DNA of 64,000 nt from Octopus sinensis (lineage: Eukaryota). Of the stretch, positions 22,938 to 37,963 are shown in pieces. Both the position numbers and the translations under genes were made by a program. The first letter of the stretch is position 1. The number at the start of each line of letters is the position of its first letter. The stretch spans positions 44,020,001-44,084,000 of the forward strand of contig NC_043001.1 in NCBI RefSeq assembly GCF_006345805.1, written 5' to 3'. The notes below the pieces were generated by a model that saw nothing but the letters and a program-made list of their open reading frames with translations, had not been told where the DNA came from and did no database searches.

Positions 22938-25900
22938 TAATAAATGAAATGAAGACAGATACCATGGAAACAGTTTTATATAACAAGAGTAAAATGCACA
23001 AAAAATGTATAGTTGCTTTTTTTTTTCTTTCTATGGTAATGTAATGGACAGAGCTTCTGATTGAGACACACAAGAAATATTACAAACTAATACAACTGAT
23101 GACAAACATATTCACAGTAACACACATTTATGGTCCTCTCAAAAAGCAGAGGTAGAAAATATATAACTTCAAAGTCTGTCTTTTTTTTTTATAAAAGAAG
23201 TATTCCTGAACATAATGGCAAAAAGAAATTAAATATTTGTAAACTATAGTATAAATCTACACAGTATAATACTGTAAATAACAAATATAGCATTTAATGG
23301 GGGTTTTTCTCTCACACTTTTGGTCAAAATAATTAATACTAGTGTTCCCTAAATTATTTTGAACTACTGTTCTCTTGGCTTAACGCTTTATTCTCAGTTT
23401 AATTTTCTAGAGTTACCCGCAAGAATGGGTCATACAACATTATAAAAGTTAAAAGTTTCTTACACTGATACAAGACCACATATTTGAATGGGAGAAAGTA
23501 AAAGTTTTTTAAAAATGAACTTTTGAGATTTGAACTTAGAACACAAAAATTTAGTCCAGCTCTCCACTACTTTTGTAACTCAATCACAAAGAATTTGAAA
23601 ACAACAATAAACCTAATGCTTTCTTACAACTGTCCACACTTAAGTAATCTCAGTATCCTCATGGGAGCAGGAACAACTAGTATGGAAACCACTGGTCCAT
23701 AACTTCTAGTACAGAAAGTCATACCAATAAACTCACCCACCAAAATATATTTTCTATGCATACTAACGGCATTCTGGCTTGACTGCAGTTAAGAGCACAT
23801 ATTTTCCTCATTAAGAATAATTTGTTAGCTAAACTTTATTTGAATGTAAATAATAATACATAAAGTGTGTGTGTGTGTGTGTGAGTTCACTAACAAATGA
23901 ACTCACATATTTTTAGAACAAAGAGTAAAAGAATATATTTACAAAATTAGAAACAATTGTAGTATTACTCTAGCCTCACCCAGTTAATGTGACAAGCAAC
24001 ATAGGGGAATGTAAAATGGTTATGAGAACCATTTTCTTTTTAGATTATTATAAAAAACATCTCTGAAATATCAAGTTGAAACAAAAAGATATCTATTGGA
24101 AATTAACAATATCATTGGCTTCCTCAGGGTCTCACAAAATATAAAAAAAGTGTGCCATAGTTGTGTGGTTATCTAATCACTTGACAACTATATGGCTATG
24201 GGTTTCATATTACATTGTGATTCCTTGGGAAAGTGTTTTCTATATCTTGTTTTGAACAATGCTTTGAAACTGAAATTTGGTAAATATAAACTTCAGAAGC
24301 CTAACTATGTGTGTGTGTGTGCATGCATGTATGGTGTACAACTGAAAACAGTACATCAAATTACATTCATCAATGGAAAAAAAAAATGTAAAACTTATTT
24401 TATTGATCTCAATCAGATAGCTAGTACTTGACTGAAGAAAATACTGGGCTTGATATGGCTGATTACAATCCTTAAAGCTGTTAGCACAGATAATCACAAA
24501 CAATAAATAACACCAGTAAAAGAATAAAAGAATATTCAGTCACTATAAGATGTCCTCTCCATGCATTATATCTTTCCCAAGTGAGCCTGTCAAAGCCCAA
24601 ATCTCTCTGTGCTATACTCATAAGAGGATTTAATTTTAGTACCACAAACTAAAGGAACATTTACCAGTTATATAAGTAATTCAACTACTCACAGTGGTGA
24701 CTGTCACCACATATCATTTTTATTTATAGCTTATGTAGTTAGAGCAAGTGAGTGCTCTGTGTCTTTGCAATGGATCTACTACAGTAATAATACAAACTTC
24801 TGACTCTTGTACCTAGTTTAAAATCCTATCCGTTCAACTTAGCTGGAAGGCTTTACCAATTATATTGAAAGTCAATACTCAATACATAATATAACATTCG
24901 GTATATGAAATCATATGATACCAAGCCATGTACCTACCTTACAAATGATTATGTCTACATTTAAATATAAAATATCAAAACTAAGAATTTGTTTAACAAG
25001 ATTAGCAACAATAATATCAACAGCTTGTAAATGTTTTTGATTGGAATGACAAAACAAAATTAGAATATGGACTAATATTTTACTTTCTTTTTCTAGATGA
25101 ATCATGCAGATGAAAAACATTTAACAAAATACTGTGAAGTTTTCAAAATATTTTCCATAAAGCATTAATGCACAAGAGGTTTATTTTTGTCATAGCTGTA
25201 GTTTCATTGTTATTAATGAGTGAAAAATATGTAAAGGTTCAGTTTATGGAATGTTTTAATTAATTACATCATCAAAGCCTTTTCACTGGCAATTGATTAA
25301 TGGTTGGAGTGGATTCAATTTCTATAGCTGTTTAATAAAAGAAGTTCCAACTGAACAAGAAACTACTTCATTGTTCCATTACATGATTTTTCCACACTAT
25401 TTCAGTTTCAACACAGTCTCAGGTCAAGAAACTTGTGAAAAACATACAACTCCAAATAAATAAATAAATGTGTGTGAGTACATATATCATTTATAATAAT
25501 TATATATGTACAGTTAAGCTTTTAAATACATATGGTACAAACAAGCACCACTCTGAGGCATAAAAGTGAACAGGCCTTTCAACAGGAGTCAAACTTCCAA
25601 CTACCATATTCCAGATGACTACATTACCAACACATAAAAGAGCACCTGCCATCTTCTCAAAGATACAATAGATACAAGGTTCAAATCCCATTGGAGAGCT
25701 TGTTCTCTTTTACTGTCCTAGATTAGCACTTGTAGATGTCAAATGTGTGTGCATGTGTGGGTATGGGATTTGTATTTTCTTGTCAAAATACAAAGTAATT
25801 AATATATAGAATCTGTTATAATTGTTTGTTGCTAAATCAAATTATTTCCTCACATTTAAAGATTTTGTGCTGTTGGTATAAGACAACCATACTCATCAGT

Positions 25901-28036
25901 TTGTGATAGCGTGTTTCATTTATTCAAGCTGAGTGAGACATGTCTTTTAAACCAGTTTATAGTCAGTCATGTACTTTCTAATGACACCTAAGCTTAGTGG
26001 GCTTAAGTTGGTGTTAAGGGTAAATGTGTTGTACTTTTTATTTCTTCAGTCTAATATTTAGAATTCAGTATGGTGAATGAAAACTAAGGGAATTAATTTT
26101 ACTGCTGTCAGTCTGTTGAGTGGAAAGAAGATGAGAGAGTGGGCTGCAAACCAATGAATACTGCCTTATATTTATTCTTCTGTTACAGCTGAACTGTGGT
26201 TAAACAACATCACAAATATACACAGAAGAATTCTTAGGCAAAGATAGCATATTAAGAAAATTAAATTTCAATATTTATCTTAATGAACAATTTAATTTTT
26301 AAAAAATCTTTCTTAAAGAAAAAAATGTAAAGCATTTAAATATATTATCACAGATTCCATGATGAGGAAAATCACTTCATATTTAATAACATTTAGAAAA
26401 GTTCAGAAGAAAAGAAAAGCTAGTTATTTGCTTAAATATGAGCATAATAATAGCTATAAATATAGTCATACTGATTTGACTAAATTTTAGCTTTGATTAC
26501 TTTATAAATATTAAATTCTTTGGCATCAGCACTTCTATGTTGTTGGTATTGATTTTATAAACCCTGGAAAAACCAAAAGTAAAAAAAAAAACCTGCCTGG
26601 TTTTGAACTTAGAACAATAAGGTACTAAGGTTACAGGTAAAAGTTCAACCAAGTACTTCTATTCTTTTCGTTATCATCTTATTAAAAAAGTAAACTGAAA
26701 TTGAATGGAATGTAATAGTGTTTCAGTTAAGTTTTACAACAATAAACTCATAAAACTCTTAATATAATATCATAAAGGGAATGTTACATTAATAACAAAC
26801 TTTCCATCATAATGTTAACATTTCTATTAAGTTCCATCTGTTAACATTTCCATTAAGTTGATTCAGATAGAATCTACAAAAATTTCATGATAGAAAGAGA
26901 CTTTTAAAATAAATGTTTAAACATGTTGGCATGTACTGGATTTAACTGAAATATCTAAAAGGTACTGTGCTACCTTCCAGAATTCCTTTCAAACTGTTTC
27001 TGTGAACTTCGCGCTAATATGTGTCCTTAATAGAATACTCATACTTGTGACAATGCAGGTAAGAGAGCACAAGACTTCAGCTATGCTTTAGCAAAATTTG
27101 AACTGAAATTTGAAACTGTTACGCTCATTCTTTCCTGGTCTTGTATTTTAGTGCACACATTTTAAACGTCTGTTTAACTATGCTTTACATATACCAAATT
27201 TCCATTCAGTTAATTTTTATTTAATTTCTAATTCATAACAAAAGGCTGTTGAAATTTTACATGCAAAGCATGTGCAAGTATGAACATGAAGTCAATATTA
27301 CAACATGGATGTAATCAGTGAAATAGACACAATAAAAATTTTTTAATTTCTTAAATTATTGCAAATTTCTCCTTTTTCATAAATGTAACTGTTAAGGTGT
27401 TTTACTTATGTCAATGAAAACTATAGTAGTGTTATCTTGTTTTCAAATGCCACACTTATAGCACAGAAACTGCAAAACCAGTAATAATGTGAGTGTAACA
27501 ATTAATAAACAACAAGTTTACTCAATCCCAGAAAAACAAATGGAGTTGTTACTAGAAAAAGTCCTAAAAACTTCAGATATGAAATATAATGTTAAAAAAT
27601 ATTGTTCATAATCCAAAAAATATATATCTTTGGTTAATATAGCAAAAGCATTTACCAATATTGTTTCAATAGCTACTGGCTTCAGCAGGATCCAGATATG
27701 ATTAAATGGACACAGTATTAAAAAAAGACAAAAAGGAAAATATACTAAAATTATTCTAAGCATAATCTGAGGAGGGAAAATACATTTTATCAGTTTCATT
27801 TTTTCTTTTCTTTTAACAAAAAATAAAACAAAAATAACAAAAAAGATTTTAAATGAAAAATCACAATAGTTTAAATGGAAACAGTTTTGTTGAGCTTATT
27901 TCAATCATCCTATATGTATAAGTATATGCTTGTGTATATGTAGGCATGAATATGTAAAGCTGATGGGAAGCAAGTGAGTGGCTTTAGACGACAGTAGACA
28001 TTAGACGTTTACAAAACAACAATAAAAGACAAACAT

Positions 28037-29131
28037 TTATCCAACTGGCCTAAGAACAATCTGTAGAACAAGATTATCATCAATCAAGAGAGGACAGTTG
28101 GGCTGGGATAGGTCACTGAGAGAGATCTTTTTGTCCATTTCAGTGTCAGTGGTATACCTAGTTTTGGAAAAATTTTTCTTACCACTTACTGAGTGCAGAA
28201 TCTTTTCTCGATCAACTAACGACAGCAAATATTCCACTGGTCTTGGCTGATCAAGAATGAGATTGGAGTACAAAACAGCCCTAAAGTCATCACAAGTTGA
28301 AGAAAAGCCTTTTGGATGAAGCTTCAGCTCCCACTCCCACGTCTGAGCAGGAAATGTGGAAGCACGTGTAGCAAATCGGAAACTAACCTCAGCACATTTC
28401 TGGCATTCTGTGTAGCGTTGAATAACAACGCGCTTGTCCCAACGAAGATCAGTGTAATTACGTAGCAAGAAGCTAGCAGAAGTGAATTCTTTTATCATGG
28501 CTCTACTGGTTAGAGGGAGGGCATGGTATTTGTAGGCTTGCATCAAGAATGGCTGAAATATATCAGGCATCTCCAGAACAACTTTACAGTTCTCCACTTG
28601 ACATAGTTGATCAGGAGTCATCATTGGGAAACGAATGTGTTCAATTACTGTTTTTACATTACTGCGTAGGTTTTCAGCTCTTGTAGGATGCTCAGTAGAA
28701 AGCAACCATTTTAGTACAGCCTCCCAGAGTTCATATTCATCCTTAATGGTCAGCTCAGAACTCTTCAAGAATTCAATAAGCTGATCTCTTTCAATAGTAA
28801 GCCATTCTTGTTCCCACTCAACTGACATCATGATATCATCCATTTTTTCAGACAGTGCTTGTACACAAGCTTGCACTAATTTTTTGTGATAGCACTTTGT
28901 CGCATACTGGAACCATATGTGGAAAACATCTTTCAATTGTAGTCGTGGAATAATGCAAGTGCAGGCAAAGTTTATGCAAACATTACGAAGGTCTTCTACA
29001 TTATATTTATCAGAAAGGATTAGCATGGAAAGTGTATTGCCAATGTTCAAACGCACGTGACAGCTGTAGAGAAATTTAAGAAAGCGTGGAAACACAGTGG
29101 CACACATACTGTCCTCTTGTAGCTCAATCTC
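28037..29131 (-). CDS. BTB/POZ-BACK protein (BTBD17-like), second coding exon: BTB C-half, BACK domain and a MATH/TRAF-like C-terminal domain
   Basis: Acceptor ttttgcag, phase 0, 1095 nt open to TAA; motifs FLKFLYS, LSDKYNV, LKSSELTIKDEYELWEAVLKW, HIRFPMM, WEWELKLHPKG; spliced protein 483 aa. Orthology not established. Confidence 0.93.
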   Translation of the reverse strand, partial: EIELQEDSMCATVFPRFLKFLYSCHVRLNIGNTLSMLILSDKYNVEDLRNVCINFACTCIIPRLQLKDVFHIWFQYATKCYHKKLVQACVQALSEKMDDIMMSVEWEQEWLTIERDQLIEFLKSSELTIKDEYELWEAVLKWLLSTEHPTRAENLRSNVKTVIEHIRFPMMTPDQLCQVENCKVVLEMPDIFQPFLMQAYKYHALPLTSRAMIKEFTSASFLLRNYTDLRWDKRVVIQRYTECQKCAEVSFRFATRASTFPAQTWEWELKLHPKGFSSTCDDFRAVLYSNLILDQPRPVEYLLSLVDREKILHSVSGKKNFSKTRYTTDTEMDKKISLSDLSQPNCPLLIDDNLVLQIVLRPVG

Positions 29132-30952
29132 CTGCAAAAAATTAAAATAAATATGATAAATTTCTCATAAGGCACAACCAATATATAAGGTTTATGTGTT
29201 TTCAATAGAATCTTTTTGAAGGGTCTACCATTATTTTCAGAAATGATGGAATATATTGTGACTTCAGATTTCACCCAAATTAGTTCTGACTTTCATTCCA
29301 GAAAAGTACAGGTGTCAAATTAATAGACAAAGCTGTAATTATCATTATAATAGGGAGCAAGTCAGCTAATTGGCAGAATTGCTAGCATGTTGCACAAAAA
29401 GCTTATTGGCAGTTATTCTAGCCTTACATTCTGAGTACAAATTCTGCCAAGGTTGAATTTGACTTGTATATTTTGGGGTTGATAAAATAAGTAGCAGTTG
29501 AGCACAAGAGGTTGATGTAATTGACTCCCCTGCCCAAAAATTCCAGGTTTTGTACTTATAATAGAAAGAATTAGAGGTGGTGAGTCAACAGAATCAATAC
29601 AGTAATAGACAAAATGTTTAATGGCATTTCTTCCCATTTACAAATGTTGTCAACTTTGCCTTCTGTCTTTTTGGGATTGATAAAATAAGTACCAGTTGAG
29701 AACTGGTACTTTTAGGCCTAGAGCTTACAATAGAGAGAATTATTATAACAGTGAATATCACATAGGAAGATAAAATAAAATTACCTAGTTTTGGAACATT
29801 TCCTTCCACTTTTACTAATGACCTCAAGTAGAACATTAAGTTAGAAAATCAGTCTTAATGGATAGGAGAAAAAGAAATTGAATACTGTTTTAAACTAATC
29901 CCTTAAATATTCAATTCTGAGCTCAAATCTCAACATGGTAAGCTTAACCGTTCATTTCTACACAGACTGATAAACCAGGAACTGTATATTCCTTAAGGTC
30001 AGTTGGGAGTGAGACAGCACTGACATGTTGCTATTCCAAGGCTATTTTAGTGTCAAAGATTGTGTAAATAGGAGCTGATTTGAAGGATGGTAAACTGTTG
30101 TACCAAATTAAAGTTTGCTTAAGTTGCTTATAATTAAATGTATAGATTACAGAAGATGATTTAGCATTTCCTTCTTCTGTGATCAATGAATTCAGAATCA
30201 ATAATGCAATAACACAATTAGTTGTTATTATTGAGCCACATATATAAGGCAGCAAGCTGGCAGAATCAGTAGCATGCTAGGCAAAATGCTTAGTGACATT
30301 TCATCCATCCTTACATTCTGAGTTCAAATTCCACTGAGGTCGAAGAAGTAAGTACCAGTTGAGTACTGGAGTCAATAGAAGGAAAGGATTATTGATCTAC
30401 ATCTAAGTAAGTCTGGATGGTGCAGATCTTTGATAAAAGGCATTCTATGCATAAGCACTCTGTCCTCTTGAGTACTGCATATCTAGAACTATTTTAGCCA
30501 AAATCCCACACCTCTGAAAATGGTAGGATGTAATTTGAGGATATTTTTAACAGGTGAAATAAAGCTCACATACTTGCTTGGTCCCAAATAATTAAGCTAG
30601 ATTACTAACAAGTCAGCAGAAAGGTCAACACTTGCTCTTCTGTTACAGTCACAGCACTGTAGCAGAGACACTAAATTCACAATGAACCAATGAAATGGTC
30701 ACTTAAGCTGCTGGAAATGGGAACTAAACCTCCTTCAAATCACATTGTGCCATTTTTAAAAAAAAGTCTTGCATAAAATATACCCACCGAAAAGCAAGAT
30801 AGTCATGGCTGGAATGCCTTTAATCCTAAGTTCACATAATCAGAGCCAACTAAGGGCTAAACAACAATTGCAAATAGGTGCCCTCAAGAAGTAAACTAAA
30901 AGTTGTAGGTAATTAAGTCATAGTATTTGATGATTTTGAGTGTTTTTATAAA

Positions 30953-31156
30953 CAGGGTAGGCCAAAAGTTATGCACCAAAGCACTTCACATTTTGTTTAT
31001 ATCACATTTTTAATATTATTATTATTCATTTTGCTCATCATGTACAAAGATATGTATATTTGACATTATTTTATTTATTTTATTCAATTTTAGGAAAATT
31101 GAAGCATGCCTTTGACAATTTCAGAGCATGTTGTGCATGACTTTTGGCTTACCCTG
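30953..31156. mobile_element. Tc1/mariner-type MITE in the BTB gene intron
   Basis: 24-bp TIRs cagggtaggccaaaagttatgcac and gtgcatgacttttggcttaccctg with 2 mismatches. Confidence 0.6.
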
Positions 31157-31778
31157 TGTAGTATTTTGTTACACAATACTTGAGTAATTTGTTACATATA
31201 TTACTAGTCAGAGGAGGGATGAAGACAGTTCTTATGATCTTTGCAGGCTATCCAATCTTAGCATGTAGGGCTCAATTCCTACCATGGTTCAGAAGGATAC
31301 AACAGTAAATTACTCCAGTGTATCCATCAATGAATCACAACAAGAGATGAATTATATTTCAAGTGAGGACACTGATTTAAGTTTTTCTCCTATGTTTTCA
31401 CAGATGATAACTGAAAGAATTCCAAAACAGTTTCTAAAATTAAAGTTGTTGCCACATTCTTTTCTCTTGTTAATCACCAAAAGATGAACACTCTCTGAAA
31501 AATCAACATTCCTGAATATTTATATTATTTAAAACTTAAGAGACAGTTCAGAATGATGATAAGTTATTGGAGAGAAGAAACAAAAAACCAGTTTCAATTC
31601 CTGGTTGGGGCTACAGTCAATAGTTTACAGAAGAATTTTCTTATCACATAAAATATTTCACATTGAGATTGAATTAAAAAAAAAAAAAATTCAGTGTTAC
31701 TATAACAATCCAGTGGATTAACAACATTTTCATTTTAACATAAAGATCCTGAACTGTAAATAAAAAAAAAAGACTTAC

Positions 31779-32135
31779 CTTCCGTTGGGATTTATCCCAA
31801 TCAGAACTAAACATACGTTCAAACACATCACTTGATTTCACAAGAATCAATTTGTGACAGAAATATTTTTTCTTCACAACTACCAATGTGATATCACTTA
31901 AAAGCTGGTTATTAAAAAATTTGGCTTGGTTGGCCAAGGCATGGCGCTCATTCCCAAAGCAGTCAATTCCAGCATTGCTTTCCAGAGCCAAAGAAAATGT
32001 AGTTGGGGTAAGAACCTCCATAAAGCTGCTGGCACCAGCAGGTATTTCATTGTTGGATTTAGCCTTGGTGTTGGTATTGTTTTGATTTTGGCTATTCTCC
32101 AAATCAAGATATGCAAAACGTGGTGGAGAAGCCAT
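31779..32135 (-). CDS. BTB/POZ-BACK protein (BTBD17-like), first coding exon
   Basis: ATG at 32135, acceptor ttcag just upstream (exon starts 32142), donor AAG|gtaagt at 31778; 357 nt; ...FFNNQLLSDITLVVVKKKYFCHKLILVKSSDVFERMF is a BTB N-terminal motif. Confidence 0.92.
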
Positions 32136-33264
32136 ATTATGTCTGAAATTATAAAAAATAAAAATTATATTAAATTGTACAGGCTTAATTGCCAACAATA
32201 TAATCAGATGAAACTGTTTATTAATATTTGTAATAATTCTAATCTTATAGTCTTAAGTTATAAAATAAAAATGTAATGAATCACAATCTTGTCTCATTTG
32301 AGTCTTCTGATTTAAACTAGCTTTCTAGATGACTCCCTATATCATTCTATTCCAGCTGCCTAAAAGTCCAACACTTTCTGACTACATAATTTCTAGCATA
32401 TGCAAGAAAAAAATTTCCTGAATATCTGTCATGCATTGTTTCAACATTTCATTGATTTGAAGCTTTGAGTGCATTTCACTCTATGATATGCTTTTCTTTT
32501 TTTGATTGACATACACTTTGAAAACTTACAAGACAAAATACTATATTGGGTTACTCAAACTGTAATGTTAATAAAATTTATAATATATTCACACACCACA
32601 GAATATTACATAATTTCTATACAAAGTAATTCAATCCACTATGTCAAAGTGAAATTAGCATGCCAATCTCCTGTTTTCCCATTTTCAACTGTCAGCCATT
32701 ATTGTCTTTGTATATTTTATATATGACACTAATGTACACTTCAATTACCGTAAAAACCCATGTAATTTACACACTTCTTTTCGCAAAAAAAAAAAAAAAA
32801 TTTAGTGGGTGCATAAATTACATGAGTAGATCATTTCCAGAATTTTTTTAGAATTTTTTGTTGTTGAAAAAAGACATACAAAATGTAAATATTCGTACTG
32901 GAAGTTGACTTTTATTTATGCTGGACAGTATAATGCTTACTTTTTCTGTATAATTTTACTAAAGCTTAAATAGTTAACTACTTTTTGAAGTCTGATGTAC
33001 ATGCTGGAAATTATGGTCTGGGCCACATTTTACATATTTTACTCGGTTGAATAAAATGTCATCCAAGCTGATGTTTATTGGTAATTAAACTTAATTTGAA
33101 ACACCTGTACATATTTATAAGCTTTGCTTTTGTTGATAATTGTGTTAACAACTTTTCCTGTGTATGTGACAGAGGAAGGGAAGCACACATGTATATCTAC
33201 ATATATATAGCCACACAGCTATGTTAAGGGATTTATGAACAGCAGTGAATGCATTGTAATTAAA

Positions 33265-33303
<39 letters not shown>

Positions 33304-35787
33304 CATACATATTAGTTCTTATTTGAAAACCAGTTAGGTCTTTGTCCTAAAACATAAAATAGTAGTTAATGGCTCCATGAATCATATTAAACATAATGAG
33401 CATTGACTACATAAAAAAAGAACCCCAAGAATAGTGAAGCAAATTCCACTAATAGTCTAAGTGTTTATCTTAGATAAGTAATAATTCACTTTCAACTTTC
33501 CTTTAGTAAAGATCTAACTGAGGAGTGAATCCATGGAAAAATATTCTCAAAATTTTAAAATCAAGATATTACATTTCAAAAGTATTTTACTCCCTAATAT
33601 AAATAAACCATTCATTAAATAATGAAGAATATAGGTAAATAAACTATGATATAATAGGATTCATTAATTGTAAATGCACATGTATGCACACACAAACATG
33701 ATGGTCTTCTTTCAGTCTTCATCTACCGAAACTACTCACAGGGTTGGTTTATATATATTAATTAATATAAAGTCCAGAGTTTTATATTTTGTAATCAGTT
33801 TTATCCATGAAACTGACAACCTAACTGCATAGATTAAGATTATGCATCATTTTCTCTTTTCCTCACTCACCATACTAGATGCATGTCACCATGCATAGCC
33901 TTCAGCAAGAACCTGCTTTGCCCCACTCTTTCATAGAATTCCCCTCGTCCCCTAGCATGAAGCTGACCCTCCTCCTATCCAAGGGATCATATTCCTGAAA
34001 ACTGCATAGTGCATGTAGCACCCCCCCCCCAAAAAAAACCCACCCAGTCCATGATGAAAAGTGGTTGCCATTAGGAAGGGCATCCAGCCATAAAAACCAG
34101 GCTGAAGTAGACATTGGAGTTTGATGCAGTCCTTGGACACGTTGGTTCCTATTAAACCATCCAACTCATGCTAGCATGGAAATGGATGTTAAAATGATGA
34201 TGATAAATTATAAATTCCATATTGCTACCTTTTATTCCTATCTCTTTTTGTCATGTGGTTAGTGACAAAGCAAGTAAGGCGTATGAGACATATTTCTTAC
34301 CATGAAAATGTCTCAAAAAATTACACCAGTCTATATACAAGTTGTTCCCCCATCCTACTACATTAGTTAATTTTGTTCCTGGTGTTCTTTTTGTAGAATA
34401 TGCACCACTGAAATTAGGATGTGTCCAATAAGCTTATACATTTTTTATGCAATCAACCCATTATCACTACATACTGAAGTATGTAACATTAGCTCATAGC
34501 AAACAGGCAGTGGTGATGGGGGTGCATATATATATTCTCATACTGGCTTCAATCATTTAACTGTGGCCAGGCTGGCTTATGTCTGGGGCAACATGTCCTT
34601 CCTTTTTAAATATATCTCTTATCTTGTTTCAGTCAATGGACTGTGGCCATGCTGGGGCACTGCCTTAAAGGTTTCAGTCAAACAAATTGACCCCAGCACT
34701 TATTTTGAAATCTAGTACTTATGTCAGCCTCTTTCGCCAAATTACTAAGTAATGGGGACATAAACAAACTGTCACTGGTTGTCAAACTGTAGTGGGGCAT
34801 AAATATGAAAGAAACATACTCATATGATAAGCTTCTACAGTTTCTGCTTACCATATTCACTTACAAGGCATTGGTTGGCCTAAGGGCTATAGTGGAAGAC
34901 ACTTGCCTAAGGTACCATGCAGTGAAATTGAACCTGAAACTATGTGCATAGGAAGCAAGCTTCTTATCCACACAGTCATGCCAGTATCAATAATGAAACT
35001 TCATTCCAGAAGCAGCCAACAAGAACACCAGATGCATTTCAGACCTTTTGGGGCCTTTTCACTGGCATGTACTCACACCCAGCTACATCATGTCATTCGT
35101 TTCCAAGATAGTCAAGTAAGATTTGAGGGAGATTTAGCAGCTATTTCTAACATGGTGAGCTACATCATAGAGGCTTTTTTTATAGGCTCATAAAATTACA
35201 GGTAATTATAGATGTAGATTACAGCTATAAAATATTATAGAACAAATTATATAATCTTTCTTGTATACAGAAAGGAAATTTGTTACTATCAGAATAGAGA
35301 GGTAGTGTAACACATGCCACAATAGATTTCATTGTAATATGGGCCCATTATCTGTTTTTAATTGTATCAACACTTATAAATAGATATAAATATTTATAAT
35401 CAAATTAAAATATAGTTCATATGACTCTTACATGATTTACATCCAGATGGCAACATGATAGGAACAAACACAGACCTCCTAAATTTGGAAAACACATCTT
35501 AGTTGTGTTGTGAATGTGATCATTGTTTTAACATCCACTTTTTCCATGCTTACAGGAATCAAAGAAAAGATGCAGAGACAGTTTTTTTTACTGCTTGGTG
35601 TTCTCCTTGTTGCAAACCCTCATTTGCTCCCAAGCCTAGTAATATTTCCCATAGTCTTTCAAGCTACAAATAGCTCAATGACCTGACATATTTCCACATC
35701 AGATTGTGTACAATGTCATCTTTTGTATGGACACTGAATTTGTTTTTAATCAGTGCACAAATATGCACAAACGCATATATATGTATA

Positions 35788-35835
<48 letters not shown>

Positions 35836-36436
35836 TGTGATCGTTGACAGAGAGGCTATTCGAGTATGATCGTTACCAGCGTCGCCTTACTGGCACTTAT
35901 GCCTGTGCTAGTAGGGAGCCAAGGATACCATCCGAGCATGATTGTTGTGATCATTGCCAGAGCAGCCATCTGGCTTCCATACCTGTGGCACGTAAAAGGG
36001 CACCATTCGAGCGTGATCGTTACCAACATCGCTTCACTGGCACCTGTGTCAATGGCACGTGTAAAAGATTCAAGCGAGGTCATTGCCAGTACCACCTAAC
36101 TGGCCCCCGTGCAGGTGGCATGTAAAAAGCACCCACTACACTCTCGGAGTGGTTGGCATTAGGAAGGGCATCCAGCTGTAGAAACTCTGCCAGATCAAGA
36201 CTGGAGCCTGGTGCTAACCTTCAGTCAAAACCGTCCAATCCATGCTAGCATGGAAAACGGACTTTAAACGATGATGATATGATATATATATATACACACA
36301 CACAAAACCCACATTGGACTCCCCACTCATATCACTGTCGAACTAAGAATTTAACTACGGCCTGTCCATAGCACTTACTTAGTGTTATCTGCCACTCTTT
36401 GGGTCTTCTAGATACCAATACCTCTCATACCCTCGC

Positions 36437-36470
<34 letters not shown>

Positions 36471-37963
36471 CATACATACATATATATATATATATATTGC
36501 ACTTCAGTAATGTAACCACATACATGGTGTTTGTGATTTCTTTTCTTTCTTCATATTTTTCTCTTTCTTCTTTCTGACAAAGAGCTATTCTTTAAACATG
36601 AAAGACTCTCTCTTTTTACTGAGCGTCAAACTAATACATTCTTTGTGCACATCCTCTTGTTTGTTATTGTTTAATTTATTGTTCCTTTATTTGAATTGAC
36701 TATATATATATATATATATATATTCTTTTATTTGTTTCAGTCACTTGACTGCAGCCAAGTGGAGCACCAACTTTTTGTTTTTAGTCGAAGAAATCAACCC
36801 CATGACTTATTCTTTGTAAGCCCAGTACTTATTCTATTGGTCTCTTTTGCCAAACCGCTAAGTTACAGGGACGTAAACATACCAACATCGGTTGTCAAGC
36901 AATGGTGGTGAGTACAAACACACACACACACACATATGACGGGCTACTTTCAGTTTCCATCAACCAAATCTACTCACAAGATTTTGGCTTGCTCTAGGCT
37001 GTAGTAGAAAACATTGCCCAAGGTGCCACAGTGGAATTGAACTTGGAACCATGTGGTTGGGAAGCAAGCCTCTTACCACACACACACACACACACACACA
37101 TATGCACATGCATGTGCAAGTGTATGTGTGTTTTTTCTTGTCTTGACATTTGTGCCCTGATTGAATTTCCATCTACCAGATCTACTCACAGATCATTGGT
37201 TAGCCCCAGGCCATAGCAGAAGATACTTGCTTCATAGAGTCATATAATGGGAAGAAACCCTAAGACATATAGTTTTGAAGTGCACCCTCACAACCACACT
37301 ACCATACTGGTACACACATATACACACATTATCATCAAAACATACACTTTCATATGCTTGCATGGTTTGGACAGATTTCATTGAAGCGGATTTTCTACAG
37401 CCAGGTGTCCTTCCTTTTGCTAACCCTTACCTGTTTCCAAGCAGGCAATAATTTGTCATGGCTAGACATGCTTTCACAGAATATTGGAAATGAATGACAT
37501 TTATTTACATTAAACAATGTGAAAACAAGAGGGCACAAACATACCCATACACATATACATATATACACAATAGGCTTCTTTCAGTTTCTCTCTATCAAAT
37601 CCACTCACATGGTTTTGGTTGGGTGAGGACTATTGTAGAAGACACAAGGTGCCATGCAGTGGGACTGAACCTGAAACAATGTGGTTGGGAAGCAGATATA
37701 TAAAGGCAGTCAAGCTATAAAAATAACAAGACAGATTAAATATTCTCAGTTTTTTTTTTATTAATATTAATGTTCTGAGATGAACATTAATATGTATTAT
37801 TCCAAGGCAGACTCATTTAGAATGTATGAGAATCAAAGCAATTAACAACACCTAACCATTACAAATGCTTAGTCAATATAAAAAAACCATCTGACACAAT
37901 ATGTATACATATTTATATACCTTGTTTACTTAGCAATTATACTGATTATTTTATATGCATACA

